Source: Betaproteobacteria bacterium RIFCSPLOWO2_12_FULL_68_19 (GTDB lineage Bacteria > Pseudomonadota > Gammaproteobacteria > Burkholderiales > SG8-39). From it: a stretch of DNA of 55,874 bases. A program made the position numbers and the translations under genes. The notes below the pieces were generated by a model that was not told the origin of the DNA, did no database searches, and saw nothing but the letters and a program-made list of their open reading frames with translations. Below are positions 1 through 9,103 of the stretch, in pieces (position 1 is the stretch's first letter; each line of letters begins with the position of its first letter). The stretch spans positions 1 through 55,874 of the forward strand of contig MERP01000102.1 of NCBI GenBank assembly GCA_001772055.1, in the 5' to 3' direction.

Positions 1-1
1 C

Positions 2-970
2 GGGCTGGAGAAGCGGATGGAAGGGCTCTCGCCGCTCGACGCCTTCTACGTCGCCGAGCGTATCTGCGGGGTCTGCTCGGTTGCGCACGGCCTGGGCTAC
101 TGCGAGGCACTGGAGCAGATCGCAGGTGTCGACGCCCCGCCGCGGGCCCGCCTCATCCGCAGCATCGCTCTCGAGCTGGAGCGGCTCTACAACCACGTCG
201 GCGACCTCGGCAACATTTGCGCCGGCGCCTCGTTCCACTACGGCACCGCCGCGGGCCTGCGCTTGAAGGAGCGCCTCCAGCAAATGAACGAGCGGCTCGC
301 CGGCAATCGCTTCCTCCGGGGCCTCGTGGTCCCGGGCGGTGTGCGCCTGGATCTCTCGGACGGGCTCCCCGGGGTCCTCGCCGCCACGCTCGGTGACACT
401 CTCGCCGGGCTCGACAGCTTGATGGGACGCATCGAAGGCAACCCGTCGGTCGTCGATCGGCTCGACGACACCGGCGTCCTCCAGCACCAGGCCGCGCTGG
501 ACCTTGCGGTCGCCGGCGTGGCGGCCCGGGCGAGCGGCGTGGACCGCGACGCGCGGCGCGACCATCCCCACGGCGCGTTCGCGGGTCCCGGGTCGCCCGA
601 ACTGCACGTCGTGACCGTTCCGGAGGGAGATGCAATGGCCCGCGTGACTGTCCGCGCCCTGGAGGCCCGCGAGTCGATCCGGCTCGTCGGCGAGCTCATC
701 CGGCGGCTCGAGCCGGGGCCGTTGCGGGTCGCCATCGCAGAACCGCTGCCCGGCGCCCGCATTGGGATTTCGGCCATCGAGTCGGCGCGAGGCGAGGCGG
801 TCCATTGGCTTCGCACCGACGCCGGCGGGCGCGTGGAGCGATACCACCTGCGCTCGCCGAGCTACCACAACTGGCCCGCCGTGGCGCTCGCCGCCGAAAC
901 AGCGATCGTCCCGGACTTCCCGCTGGTCAACAAGAGCTTCGAGCTCTGCTACTCGTGCACGGATCGCTGA
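2..970 (+). CDS. group-4 [NiFe]-hydrogenase large subunit (HycE/EchE/CooH-like, NuoD-related); 5' end lies outside the window
   Basis: The frame is open from the window edge (GLEKRMEG...). It carries ERICGVCSVAH near the N-terminal part and ends ...PDFPLVNKSFELCYSCTDR, so both CxxC Ni-Fe ligand pairs are present. It stops right after the Arg, with no C-terminal processing extension. Confidence 0.85.
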   Translation, partial: GLEKRMEGLSPLDAFYVAERICGVCSVAHGLGYCEALEQIAGVDAPPRARLIRSIALELERLYNHVGDLGNICAGASFHYGTAAGLRLKERLQQMNERLAGNRFLRGLVVPGGVRLDLSDGLPGVLAATLGDTLAGLDSLMGRIEGNPSVVDRLDDTGVLQHQAALDLAVAGVAARASGVDRDARRDHPHGAFAGPGSPELHVVTVPEGDAMARVTVRALEARESIRLVGELIRRLEPGPLRVAIAEPLPGARIGISAIESARGEAVHWLRTDAGGRVERYHLRSPSYHNWPAVALAAETAIVPDFPLVNKSFELCYSCTDR

Positions 971-971
971 C

Positions 972-1820
972 ATGCTGCGTATCCTGATAAACGCGCTTCG
1001 CACCGGCGTGGTCACGACCCGCTACCCCGCGGAGCCGCGCGTGCCACCGAATCGCTTTCGGGGGGCGCCCATCCTTTGCCCCGGCAGCAGCCTGCCTCCT
1101 CCCGCCGTCTGCCCTACGGGGGCGCTCACAGAACATTTCGACGCTGGCCGTCGCCACGTCGCCCTCGACCTCGCACGGTGCGTCTTCTGCGGCCGCTGCG
1201 CCGAGGATCCCTGGGCCGGCGCGATCACGATGGGACGCGACTTCGAGCTCGCGGCGCGCACTCGCGCCGACCTTCGGATCGAGGTCGTGGCCGATGACCC
1301 TGCCGTCCCGGCGGCGGGACCCGCACCCGATCCGGAAGCCGAGGCCGCCCGCGCCTCGTCCGAGATCCACCGGGTGCTCGGCCGGTCGCTGCATCTTCGC
1401 CACCTCGACGCGGGCTCGTGCAACGCCTGCGACTGGGAGCTCGCCGCCCTGTTGAATCCGGTGTACGACGTTCGCCGCCTCGGCATCGACTTCGTCGCCT
1501 CCCCGCGCCATGCGGACGGGGTCGTGGTCACCGGCCCGGTCACGCGCAACCTGGAGAGCGCCGTCCGCCGCACGGTCGAGGCCATCCCCGACCCGCGCAT
1601 CGTGATCGCCGTCGGAGCCTGCGCCGCCTCCGGGGGCATCGTCGGGCAGGGATATGCCAGCGCCGGCGGTGTCGACCAGGTCCTGCCTGTCGACGTCTAC
1701 ATTCCTGGCTGCCCGCCGCGTCCGGAAGCCATCCTCTTCGGCATCATGGTCGCGCTCGGGCGCCTCGACGCCCGCCGCCCGCCCCGCGATGGTAGAGCCC
1801 CAGAAAAACACCGGCATTGA
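972..1820 (+). CDS. fusion of a ferredoxin-like 4Fe-4S module (HycF/NuoI-like, one cluster motif) with a NuoB/HycG-like hydrogenase small subunit
   Basis: ATG 972 sits 1 nt after the upstream stop. The N-terminal part has ...AVCPTG...CVFCGRCAEDP. The C-terminal part has LDAGSCNACDWE, VGACAASGG and IPGCPP, the NuoB-type cluster ligands. Confidence 0.8.
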   Translation: MLRILINALRTGVVTTRYPAEPRVPPNRFRGAPILCPGSSLPPPAVCPTGALTEHFDAGRRHVALDLARCVFCGRCAEDPWAGAITMGRDFELAARTRADLRIEVVADDPAVPAAGPAPDPEAEAARASSEIHRVLGRSLHLRHLDAGSCNACDWELAALLNPVYDVRRLGIDFVASPRHADGVVVTGPVTRNLESAVRRTVEAIPDPRIVIAVGACAASGGIVGQGYASAGGVDQVLPVDVYIPGCPPRPEAILFGIMVALGRLDARRPPRDGRAPEKHRH

Positions 1821-1937
1821 AGTGAGCGTCGCCGAAGAACCTGAGCCATTGCGGTAAAATTCCGTGAAAATCAACCGCCTGCCTGCGGCGGCGTGTGGCC
1901 GATGCGTTCCGGTTTCCCGCCGCCTTCTCGAAAGGTA

Positions 1938-3965
1938 ATGGAACCCCTCTCCTCACCGCTCTTCGCCTCGCTGCTCGCGGCCGTATCGTGGCTCGTGATC
2001 GCGGCGCTGGCCCTGGTTCCCGCGGGCAACGCGTTCTTCGCCAGGCGGCTTGCGTTTCCGCTGGGCGCGCTGATCGGCCTCAGCCTCGCGAGTTTCGGCC
2101 TGCAATCGATCTGGCTGCACGCCGAGCAGCTCACGCTTCCGCTTGGACTGCCGGATCTTCCGTTTCACCTGCGCATCGATCCGCTGGCGGGCTTTTTCCT
2201 GCTCCTGCTCGGTTCGGTATCCGCCGGGATCTCGGTCTACGCGGGCGGATATTTCCGCACGGAAACCGCCGGCAGGCTCGCGCTCATCAGCCTGCAGTAC
2301 CACATGTTTCTCGCCAGCATGGCGTTCGTGATCCTCGCCGACGACGCCTACCTGTTCATGGTGGCGTGGGAAACGATGGCGCTGTCGTCCTATTTCCTCG
2401 TCACCACGGACCACGAGAGGCCGGCGATCCGCAGCGCGGGGTTCCTTTACCTGCTGGTCGCGCACCTGGGCGCGATCGCCATCCTGCTGTGCTTCGGCGT
2501 GATGCATGGCGGCGGCGACTACAGCTTCGACGCGCTGCGCGGCGCCGAGCTAACGCCGTTCTGGGCGACCGTGGCGTTCCTGCTCGCGTTCTTCGGCTTC
2601 GGCGCCAAGGCGGGAATGATCCCGCTGCACGCCTGGCTCCCAGAGGCGCATCCGGCGGCGCCCTCGCCCGTGTCGGCGCTGATGAGCGGCATCATGCTGA
2701 AGACCGCCATCTACGGCATGGTGCGCGTGATCTACGACCTGATCGGCGGCGTGCGCTGGGAATGGGGGATCGTGGTGCTCGCGATCGGCGCCGGCACCAC
2801 GCTCTTCGGCGTGCTGTACGCGCTCATGCAGCACGACCTGAAGCGGCTGCTCGCCTATCACTCGGTGGAGAACATCGGCATCATCCTCCTTGGCCTGGGG
2901 ATGTCGATGGTGTTCCTCGGCTTCGGGCATCCCCTCGCAGGGGCGCTCGGCCTCGTTGCCGCGCTCTATCACACGCTCAACCATGCGGTGTTTAAGGCGC
3001 TGCTGTTCCTGGGCGCGGGCTCGATCCTGCACGCGACGGGGCTGCGCAACCTGAACGACATGGGCGGCCTGATCCGCACCATGCCCAAGACCGCGCTCTA
3101 TTTCCTGATCGGCGCGCTCGCCATTTCGGCGCTGCCCCCGCTGAATGGCTTCGTGTCCGAGTGGCTGACGTTCCAGACTGCGCTGCAGGCGCCGCTGCTC
3201 GAGCACGGCGTGGTGCGCAGCCTCCTGCCGCTGTTCGCCGCGACGCTCGCGCTCGCCGGCGCACTCACCGCGATGTGCTTCGTCAAGGTCTACGGAATCG
3301 CCTTTCTCGGCCGGCCGCGCGAGGTCCGTCACCCGGCGCATGCGCGCGCCGAAGGCGGCGGTCACGACGCCGGATCGATGGAGCAGTACGGCATGGCCTG
3401 GCTCGCGGCCGGCTGCCTGGTGCTCGGCCTGTTCCCGACTTCGTTCCTGCTGATGCTGAACCGGGTCGGCGTCTCTCTTACCGGACAGGGCCTGTCGCCA
3501 GAGGCTCTGGAATCGAGCTGGCTGTGGCTGGTTCCCACCGCGCCCGAGCGGGCCAGCTACAGCCCGATCATCTTCCTGCTCGTGGTGCTCGCCGTAGTGC
3601 TGATCACCATCCGGCTGGTGCGCGGGTTCTACCACGGGCGCGTGCGCGTGGCCGACCCCTGGGACTGCGGCTTTCCGGAGCAGACGACGCGCATGCAGGA
3701 CACGGCGGACGCCTTCGGCCAGCCGATCCGGCACGTGTTCGGCCCGCTGTACCTGATGAAGCGCCACCTGCCCGGGCCCGAGGAAGCGAACCCGAGGTAC
3801 TCGATCAAGATCGAGGACCGCCACTGGTACTGGCTTTACCTCCCGGTGGCGCGGCTCGCGGACTACGCGTCCTCGAAGGTCGGGCTGCTGCAGCGCGGCC
3901 GCATCAGTATTTATCTGCTCTATAGCTTCCTGACCCTCATTGCCTTGTTGATTTTTGTTCGATGA
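1938..3965 (+). CDS. hyfB: hydrogenase-4 component B-like membrane subunit (NuoL/Mrp antiporter-like)
   Basis: About 675 aa and polytopic. It has typical antiporter-like motifs (WETMALSSYFLV, HAWLPEAHPAAPSPVSALMSG). The internal ATG 1938 (MEPLSSPLF) is preferred over the ORF-track start at 1893. Confidence 0.85.
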   Translation: MEPLSSPLFASLLAAVSWLVIAALALVPAGNAFFARRLAFPLGALIGLSLASFGLQSIWLHAEQLTLPLGLPDLPFHLRIDPLAGFFLLLLGSVSAGISVYAGGYFRTETAGRLALISLQYHMFLASMAFVILADDAYLFMVAWETMALSSYFLVTTDHERPAIRSAGFLYLLVAHLGAIAILLCFGVMHGGGDYSFDALRGAELTPFWATVAFLLAFFGFGAKAGMIPLHAWLPEAHPAAPSPVSALMSGIMLKTAIYGMVRVIYDLIGGVRWEWGIVVLAIGAGTTLFGVLYALMQHDLKRLLAYHSVENIGIILLGLGMSMVFLGFGHPLAGALGLVAALYHTLNHAVFKALLFLGAGSILHATGLRNLNDMGGLIRTMPKTALYFLIGALAISALPPLNGFVSEWLTFQTALQAPLLEHGVVRSLLPLFAATLALAGALTAMCFVKVYGIAFLGRPREVRHPAHARAEGGGHDAGSMEQYGMAWLAAGCLVLGLFPTSFLLMLNRVGVSLTGQGLSPEALESSWLWLVPTAPERASYSPIIFLLVVLAVVLITIRLVRGFYHGRVRVADPWDCGFPEQTTRMQDTADAFGQPIRHVFGPLYLMKRHLPGPEEANPRYSIKIEDRHWYWLYLPVARLADYASSKVGLLQRGRISIYLLYSFLTLIALLIFVR

Positions 3966-4909
3966 ACCAGCTTCCCGGTATCGCGCTCCAGGTACTCCAG
4001 TCGGTGCTGGTGGTGCTCGTCGCGCCGCTGGTAATGGGCTGGGTGAATATCTGCCGCGCGTGGCTGCAGAACCGCTCCGCGCCGAGCATCTGGCTGCCGT
4101 ACTACACGTTGGCGAAGCTGTTCCACAAGGATGCGGTGATCGCCAACACCGCCTCGCCGCTGTTTCGCCTTACGCCCTACATTCTTTTCGGCTGCATGTG
4201 GCTCGCAGCGGGCATCGTGCCGGTGCTCGCCACCGACGTGCCGTTCGCGCCCGCCGCGGACATCATCGCGCTGGTCGGCGTGTTCGCCGTGGCGCGGGTA
4301 TTCAGCGCGCTCGCAGCGATGGACACCGGCACCTCGTTCGGCGGCCTCGGCGCGCGCCGCGAGATGATGATCGGCTTCCTGGCCGAGCCCGCCATGCTGA
4401 TGACGCTGTTCACCGCGGCGTTCATCTCGGGCTCGACCCAGCTGCCCACGATCGTCGAGACGCTCGCGCACCGCGAGTTCGCGATCTACCCGAGCCTCGC
4501 TTTCGCCGCGGTCGCCTTCCTGATGGTGCTGCTCGCGGAGAACGCGCGCATCCCGGTGGACAATCCGGCCACCCACCTCGAGCTCACCATGATCCACGAG
4601 GCGATGATCCTCGAGTACTCGGCGCGGCATCTCGCGCTGATCGAATGGGCCGTGGCGATCAAGCTGGTCGCCTACATGGCGATCGGCTTCGCCCTGTTCC
4701 TGCCCTGGGGCATCGCGCCGGCGGGGGACTGGAGCGCACTGCCGCTCGCGCTCGCCGCGCTGGGGGCGAAGCTCGCGCTCGCCGGGACGGGACTGGCGCT
4801 GCTCGAGACCCTGCTCGCGAAGATGCGCATCTTCCTGGTCGCCGAGTTCCTGTCCACCGCCTTCCTGCTCGGCGTGCTCGGCATGCTGATCCACTTCCTG
4901 GTGCGCTGA
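3962..4909 (+). CDS. hyfC: hydrogenase-4 component C / formate hydrogenlyase subunit 4-like membrane subunit (NuoH-like)
   Basis: 315 aa and polytopic. Its start overlaps the hyfB stop in an ATGA. It shows HycD/HyfC-like sequence (DNPATHLELTMIHEAMILEYS). Confidence 0.85.
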   Translation: MNQLPGIALQVLQSVLVVLVAPLVMGWVNICRAWLQNRSAPSIWLPYYTLAKLFHKDAVIANTASPLFRLTPYILFGCMWLAAGIVPVLATDVPFAPAADIIALVGVFAVARVFSALAAMDTGTSFGGLGARREMMIGFLAEPAMLMTLFTAAFISGSTQLPTIVETLAHREFAIYPSLAFAAVAFLMVLLAENARIPVDNPATHLELTMIHEAMILEYSARHLALIEWAVAIKLVAYMAIGFALFLPWGIAPAGDWSALPLALAALGAKLALAGTGLALLETLLAKMRIFLVAEFLSTAFLLGVLGMLIHFLVR

Positions 4910-4911
4910 GC

Positions 4912-5574
4912 ATGGCGCTTCCGCTCAGCGGCCAGATCGTCAACCTGCTCGCGGCGCTGCTGCTGCTGCTCGCGTTCGCGATGCTCGCGCAGCGCCGCGT
5001 GCTGACGCTGATCAAGCTGTTCGCCTGGCAGGGCGCGGCGCTCGCCGTGTCGACGGCGATCGTGGCGTACGCCACCGGGCAGACGCACCTGTATTTCTCG
5101 GCTGGTCTCACCGTGGCGCTGAAGGTGGTCCTCATCCCCTGGCTGCTGCACCGCCTCATCGACCAGCTGCAGGTGCGCTGGGACATCGAGACCCTGCTCA
5201 ACATCCCGACCACCATGCTCGCGGGCATCGGCCTCGCGATCTTCGCCTTCTCGCTCGCCACCCCGATCTCGCAGATGGCGAGCACCATCACGCGCTCGAC
5301 GCTCGGCATCGCCCTCGCCAGCGTGCTGCTGTCCTTCCTGATGATGATCGTGCGCCGCAAGGCGGTACCGCAGGTGATCGGCTTCCTGTCGATGGAGAAC
5401 GGCCTGTTCTTCGCCGCCACCAGCGCCACCTACGGCATGCCGCTGGTGGTCGAGCTCGGCGTGGCGCTCGACGTGCTCGTCGGCACCTTCATCTTCGGCA
5501 TCTTCTTCTTCCACATCCGCGAGCAGTTCGACAGCCTCGACATCCGCCACATGGAGAAGCTCAAGGAAGACTGA
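4912..5574 (+). CDS. hyfE: hydrogenase-4 membrane component E-like (NuoK-related)
   Basis: Internal ATG 4912 lies 2 nt after the hyfC stop. The product is 220 aa and hydrophobic (MALPLSGQIVNLLAALLLLLAF...GFLSMENGLFF). Confidence 0.8.
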   Translation: MALPLSGQIVNLLAALLLLLAFAMLAQRRVLTLIKLFAWQGAALAVSTAIVAYATGQTHLYFSAGLTVALKVVLIPWLLHRLIDQLQVRWDIETLLNIPTTMLAGIGLAIFAFSLATPISQMASTITRSTLGIALASVLLSFLMMIVRRKAVPQVIGFLSMENGLFFAATSATYGMPLVVELGVALDVLVGTFIFGIFFFHIREQFDSLDIRHMEKLKED

Positions 5575-7022
5575 TGGAGATCGCGCTCGTCCTGGGAATG
5601 CCGCTCGCGGGAGGGCTGGTGCTCGCGCTGTTCGGCCACCAGCGCTGGGCGCCGGAGGCGAGTGCCTTCATGAGCTTCGGGACGCTCGCCGCGGCCGCGC
5701 TGCTGACCGCGCGCGTGATCGCCGACGGCCCGATGACGGCGCTCAACGAGCAGGTGTTCGTCGACCCGTTCAACGTGTTCCTGGTCGCGCTTACGGCGTT
5801 CGTCGCCTTCACCACGGCGCTCTTCTCGCGACCCTACATGCGCACCGAGGAGCATCACAAGCGGGTCAACAGCGCGCGCCTGCGCCTCTACCACAGCATG
5901 TACCAGCTGTTCACCTTCATGATGCTGCTCACGCTGCTGTCGAACAACGTCGGCATGCTCTGGGTGGCGATGGAGGGCGCGACGCTGTCGACGGTGCTGC
6001 TGGTGTCGCTGTATCGCACGCCAGCCAGCCTGGAGGCCGCCTGGAAGTACTTCATCCTGTGCTCGGTGGGCATCGCGCAGGCGCTGTTCGGCACCATCCT
6101 GCTCTACTTCGCCGCCGAGAAGGTGCTCGGCCCCGGCGGCAACGCGCTGCTCTGGACGCACCTGCACGAGGTGCGCGGGCAGCTCGAGCCGACGGTGCTG
6201 TCGCTCGCCTTCGTGTTCCTGCTGGTCGGCTACGGCACCAAGGTGGGCCTGGTGCCGCTGCACAACTGGCTGCCCGACGCGCACGCCGAGGGCCCGACCC
6301 CGATCTCGGCGGTGCTTTCGGGGCTGCTCCTGAACGTGGCGCTGTACGCCGTGGTGCGCAGCAAGGTGCTGGTCGACGGCGCCCTGGAGCGCAACTTCTC
6401 CGGCGGGCTGATGATGGGCTTCGGGCTGCTCTCGGTGGTGGTGGCGGCGTTCTTCCTCTCGCGCCAGAAGGACATCAAGCGCATGTTCGCCTACTCGTCG
6501 GTCGAGCACATGGGGATCATGACCTTCGCCTTCGGCATGGGCGGGCCGGTCGCTGCGTTCGCCGGCCTGCTGCACATGACCGTGCACTCGCTCACCAAGT
6601 CGGCGATTTTCTTCGCCGTCGGCCACGCGTCGCAGGCCTGCGGCACGCAGGACATGGCATCGATCCGCGGCCTGATCCAGCAAAGCCCGACCATCGGCTG
6701 GGGGCTCGCCCTCGGCACGCTGGCGATCCTCGGCATGCCGCCCTTCGGCGTGTTCACCAGCGAGTTCATGGTCCTCACCACGGCGATGCGCGAGCATCCC
6801 TGGGCGACCCCGTTCCTGCTCGTTGCGCTCGGCGTGGCGTTCGCCGCGATCTTCGGCAAGGTCCAGCCGATGGTATTCGGCGAGACCACCGCGCAGCGCC
6901 AGACGCACCCGCCGGCGCTCGTCCCGGTGTTCGTGCACCTCGCTATCGTGCTGATGCTGGGCCTTTACATCCCGCCTTACCTGGTCGACTGGTACCGCCA
7001 GGCCGCAGCGTTCATCGGATGA
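5574..7022 (+). CDS. hyfF: hydrogenase-4 component F-like membrane subunit (NuoM/NuoN antiporter-like)
   Basis: 482 aa. The ATG overlaps the hyfE stop. It has antiporter-like motifs (HNWLPDAHAEGPTPISAVLSG, FAYSSVEHMGI). Confidence 0.85.
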   Translation: MEIALVLGMPLAGGLVLALFGHQRWAPEASAFMSFGTLAAAALLTARVIADGPMTALNEQVFVDPFNVFLVALTAFVAFTTALFSRPYMRTEEHHKRVNSARLRLYHSMYQLFTFMMLLTLLSNNVGMLWVAMEGATLSTVLLVSLYRTPASLEAAWKYFILCSVGIAQALFGTILLYFAAEKVLGPGGNALLWTHLHEVRGQLEPTVLSLAFVFLLVGYGTKVGLVPLHNWLPDAHAEGPTPISAVLSGLLLNVALYAVVRSKVLVDGALERNFSGGLMMGFGLLSVVVAAFFLSRQKDIKRMFAYSSVEHMGIMTFAFGMGGPVAAFAGLLHMTVHSLTKSAIFFAVGHASQACGTQDMASIRGLIQQSPTIGWGLALGTLAILGMPPFGVFTSEFMVLTTAMREHPWATPFLLVALGVAFAAIFGKVQPMVFGETTAQRQTHPPALVPVFVHLAIVLMLGLYIPPYLVDWYRQAAAFIG

Positions 7023-8560
7023 AGGACTTTCTTCCCGACGCCGAGCGGCTGCCAGGGGCCCTGCCCGCCTGGCACGCGTCGATCCAGGCCGAGAGCCTGA
7101 GGGCAGTGGCGCAAAAGGCCCGCGAGGGCAAGGCGCGGCTGGTCGCGCTCTGGGCAAGCGATGAAACGACGCGCGGCGCAGGCTATGCCGTGCACCTCGC
7201 GCTGGCGCTGCCCGCGGGCCTGCTGTGGCTGAGCGCCCCGCTCGAGCGCGAGCATCCACGCTACCCGGGCATCGCAGACTTGTTCCCCTGCGCGGCCCGC
7301 ATGCAGCGCGCTGCGTACGACCTGGTGGGCGTGCACGCCCAGGACAACCCGGACCACCGCAAGTGGCTGCGCCACGCCGCCTGGCCGGGCGGACAGTTCC
7401 CGCTGCGCAAGGACTTCGACGCCGACGCGCGCCCCGAGCCGGGCGAAGACCACTATCCGTTCGTGCGCGTGGAGGGCGAAGGGGTGCACGAGATCGCGGT
7501 CGGGCCTGTCCACGCCGGCACCATCGAGCCGGGGCATTTCCGCTTCTCGATCGTCGGCGAGAAGGTCCTGAGGCTCGAGGAGCGCCTGGGCTACAAGCAC
7601 AAGGGCATCGAGAAACGCTTCGAAGCCCTGTCCGCCGACGAGGGCGCGCGCCTGGCGGGCCGCGTGAGCGGCGACTCGACGGTCGCCTACGCCTGGGCCT
7701 ATGCCATGGCGCTCGAGGCGGCGAGCGGCGTGCAGCCCCCGGCGCGCGCCCTTTCCCTGCGCGGCATCGCGCTGGAGCTCGAGCGCCTCGCCAACCACCT
7801 CGGCGATCTCGGTTACCTCGGCAATGATGTCGCGCTCTCGTTCGGGTTCTTCCAGTTCTGGCGGCTGAAGGAGGACCTGCTGCGGCTCAACCACGAGCTG
7901 CTCGGGCACCGCTACCTCATGGACTTCGTCGTGCCCGGCGGCGTGGCGCGCAACCTCGAGCCCTCTGCCCTGGCGCGCCTTCTTGACGCGCTCGGCAGCA
8001 TCGAGCGCGAGGTCGCGACGCTGCGCACGATCTATGACGAGCATGCCGGCGCCCAGGACCGCTTCATCATGACCGGGCAGGTGACGCTGGAGCTCGCCGC
8101 GCAGTTCGGGCTCGCCGGCCTCGCCGGACGCGCGAGCGGCCAGGCGTACGACCTGCGCGCCGACCATCCCGTGCCGCCTTACGCAGAGCTCGAGGTGCGC
8201 GTCGCGGGACACATCCGCGGCGACGTCGCGGCGCGCGTCTCGGTGCGCTTCGAGGAGATCACCGAGTCGCTGCGCCTCATGCGTGCCCTCGGCGCCGCGC
8301 TCCCGGGCGGCGAGCTGCGTGTTGCCGTCGCGGCGCCGCGCGCAGGTCAGCTCGGCTGCGGCTGGGTCGAAGGCTGGCGCGGCGAGGTGTTCGTGGCCCT
8401 CGACGCCGCGCAGGGAGGAAGGCTGCACCGCGTTCATCCGCACGACCCGTCGTGGCAGAGCTGGCCGCTGCTCGAGCGGGCGGTGCTCGGCAACATCGTC
8501 CCGGACTTCCCCCTGGTCAACAAGTCGTTCAATCTCTCGTACAGCGGACACGACCTCTAG
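7019..8560 (+). CDS. HyfG/HycE-like large subunit homologue (NuoC-NuoD fusion type) lacking all four Ni-Fe cysteine ligands
   Basis: The ATG overlaps the hyfF stop in an ATGA. It has an N-terminal NuoC-like part and then LGYKHKGIEKRFE. The L1 position reads GRVSGDSTVAY instead of RxCGxCxxxH. The C-terminus reads SFNLSYSGHDL instead of ...CxxCxxR. Confidence 0.85.
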   Translation: MKDFLPDAERLPGALPAWHASIQAESLRAVAQKAREGKARLVALWASDETTRGAGYAVHLALALPAGLLWLSAPLEREHPRYPGIADLFPCAARMQRAAYDLVGVHAQDNPDHRKWLRHAAWPGGQFPLRKDFDADARPEPGEDHYPFVRVEGEGVHEIAVGPVHAGTIEPGHFRFSIVGEKVLRLEERLGYKHKGIEKRFEALSADEGARLAGRVSGDSTVAYAWAYAMALEAASGVQPPARALSLRGIALELERLANHLGDLGYLGNDVALSFGFFQFWRLKEDLLRLNHELLGHRYLMDFVVPGGVARNLEPSALARLLDALGSIEREVATLRTIYDEHAGAQDRFIMTGQVTLELAAQFGLAGLAGRASGQAYDLRADHPVPPYAELEVRVAGHIRGDVAARVSVRFEEITESLRLMRALGAALPGGELRVAVAAPRAGQLGCGWVEGWRGEVFVALDAAQGGRLHRVHPHDPSWQSWPLLERAVLGNIVPDFPLVNKSFNLSYSGHDL

Positions 8561-8563
8561 GCC

Positions 8564-9103
8564 ATGTACCACCTCCTGAAGCAGATCGCCAAGACCGGGA
8601 TCGTCAGCGAGCGAGCGCCGCAAGCCGACGAATCGCTGCGCCAGATCGGGCAACGGCTGCACGACGCGGCGCTCAAGCATCTCGGCAGGGCGCTGTGCGT
8701 GCGGCACGTGGACGCCGGGTCGTGCAACGGCTGCGAGCTCGAGATCCACGCCTGCAACAGCCCTTACTACAATCTGGAGCGCCTCGGCATCCGGTTCGTC
8801 GCCAGCCCGCGGCATGCCGACCTGCTGCTCGTGACCGGGCCGGTATCGGCCCACATGGAGACCGCGCTGCGCCGCACCTACGACGCGACGCCCGAGCCCA
8901 AGCTGGTGGTGGCGATCGGCGACTGCGGATGCACGGGAGGGATTTTCGGCGAGAGCTACGCGAGCCGGGGCGCGGTCTCGAAGGTGATCCCGGTGGACGT
9001 GGCCGTTCCAGGCTGCCCGCCGGCGCCTGCGGCCATCATCCAGGGAATCCTGACCGCGGTGAGCAGCGCTAGCGGCCGGAGCAGCTCTGCGGCATCGCGT
9101 TGA
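8564..9103 (+). CDS. HyfI/HycG-like small subunit (NuoB-like, 4Fe-4S)
   Basis: 179 aa with VDAGSCNGCELEI, IGDCGCTGG and VPGCPP, the NuoB/N2-type cluster ligands. Confidence 0.85.
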   Translation: MYHLLKQIAKTGIVSERAPQADESLRQIGQRLHDAALKHLGRALCVRHVDAGSCNGCELEIHACNSPYYNLERLGIRFVASPRHADLLLVTGPVSAHMETALRRTYDATPEPKLVVAIGDCGCTGGIFGESYASRGAVSKVIPVDVAVPGCPPAPAAIIQGILTAVSSASGRSSSAASR

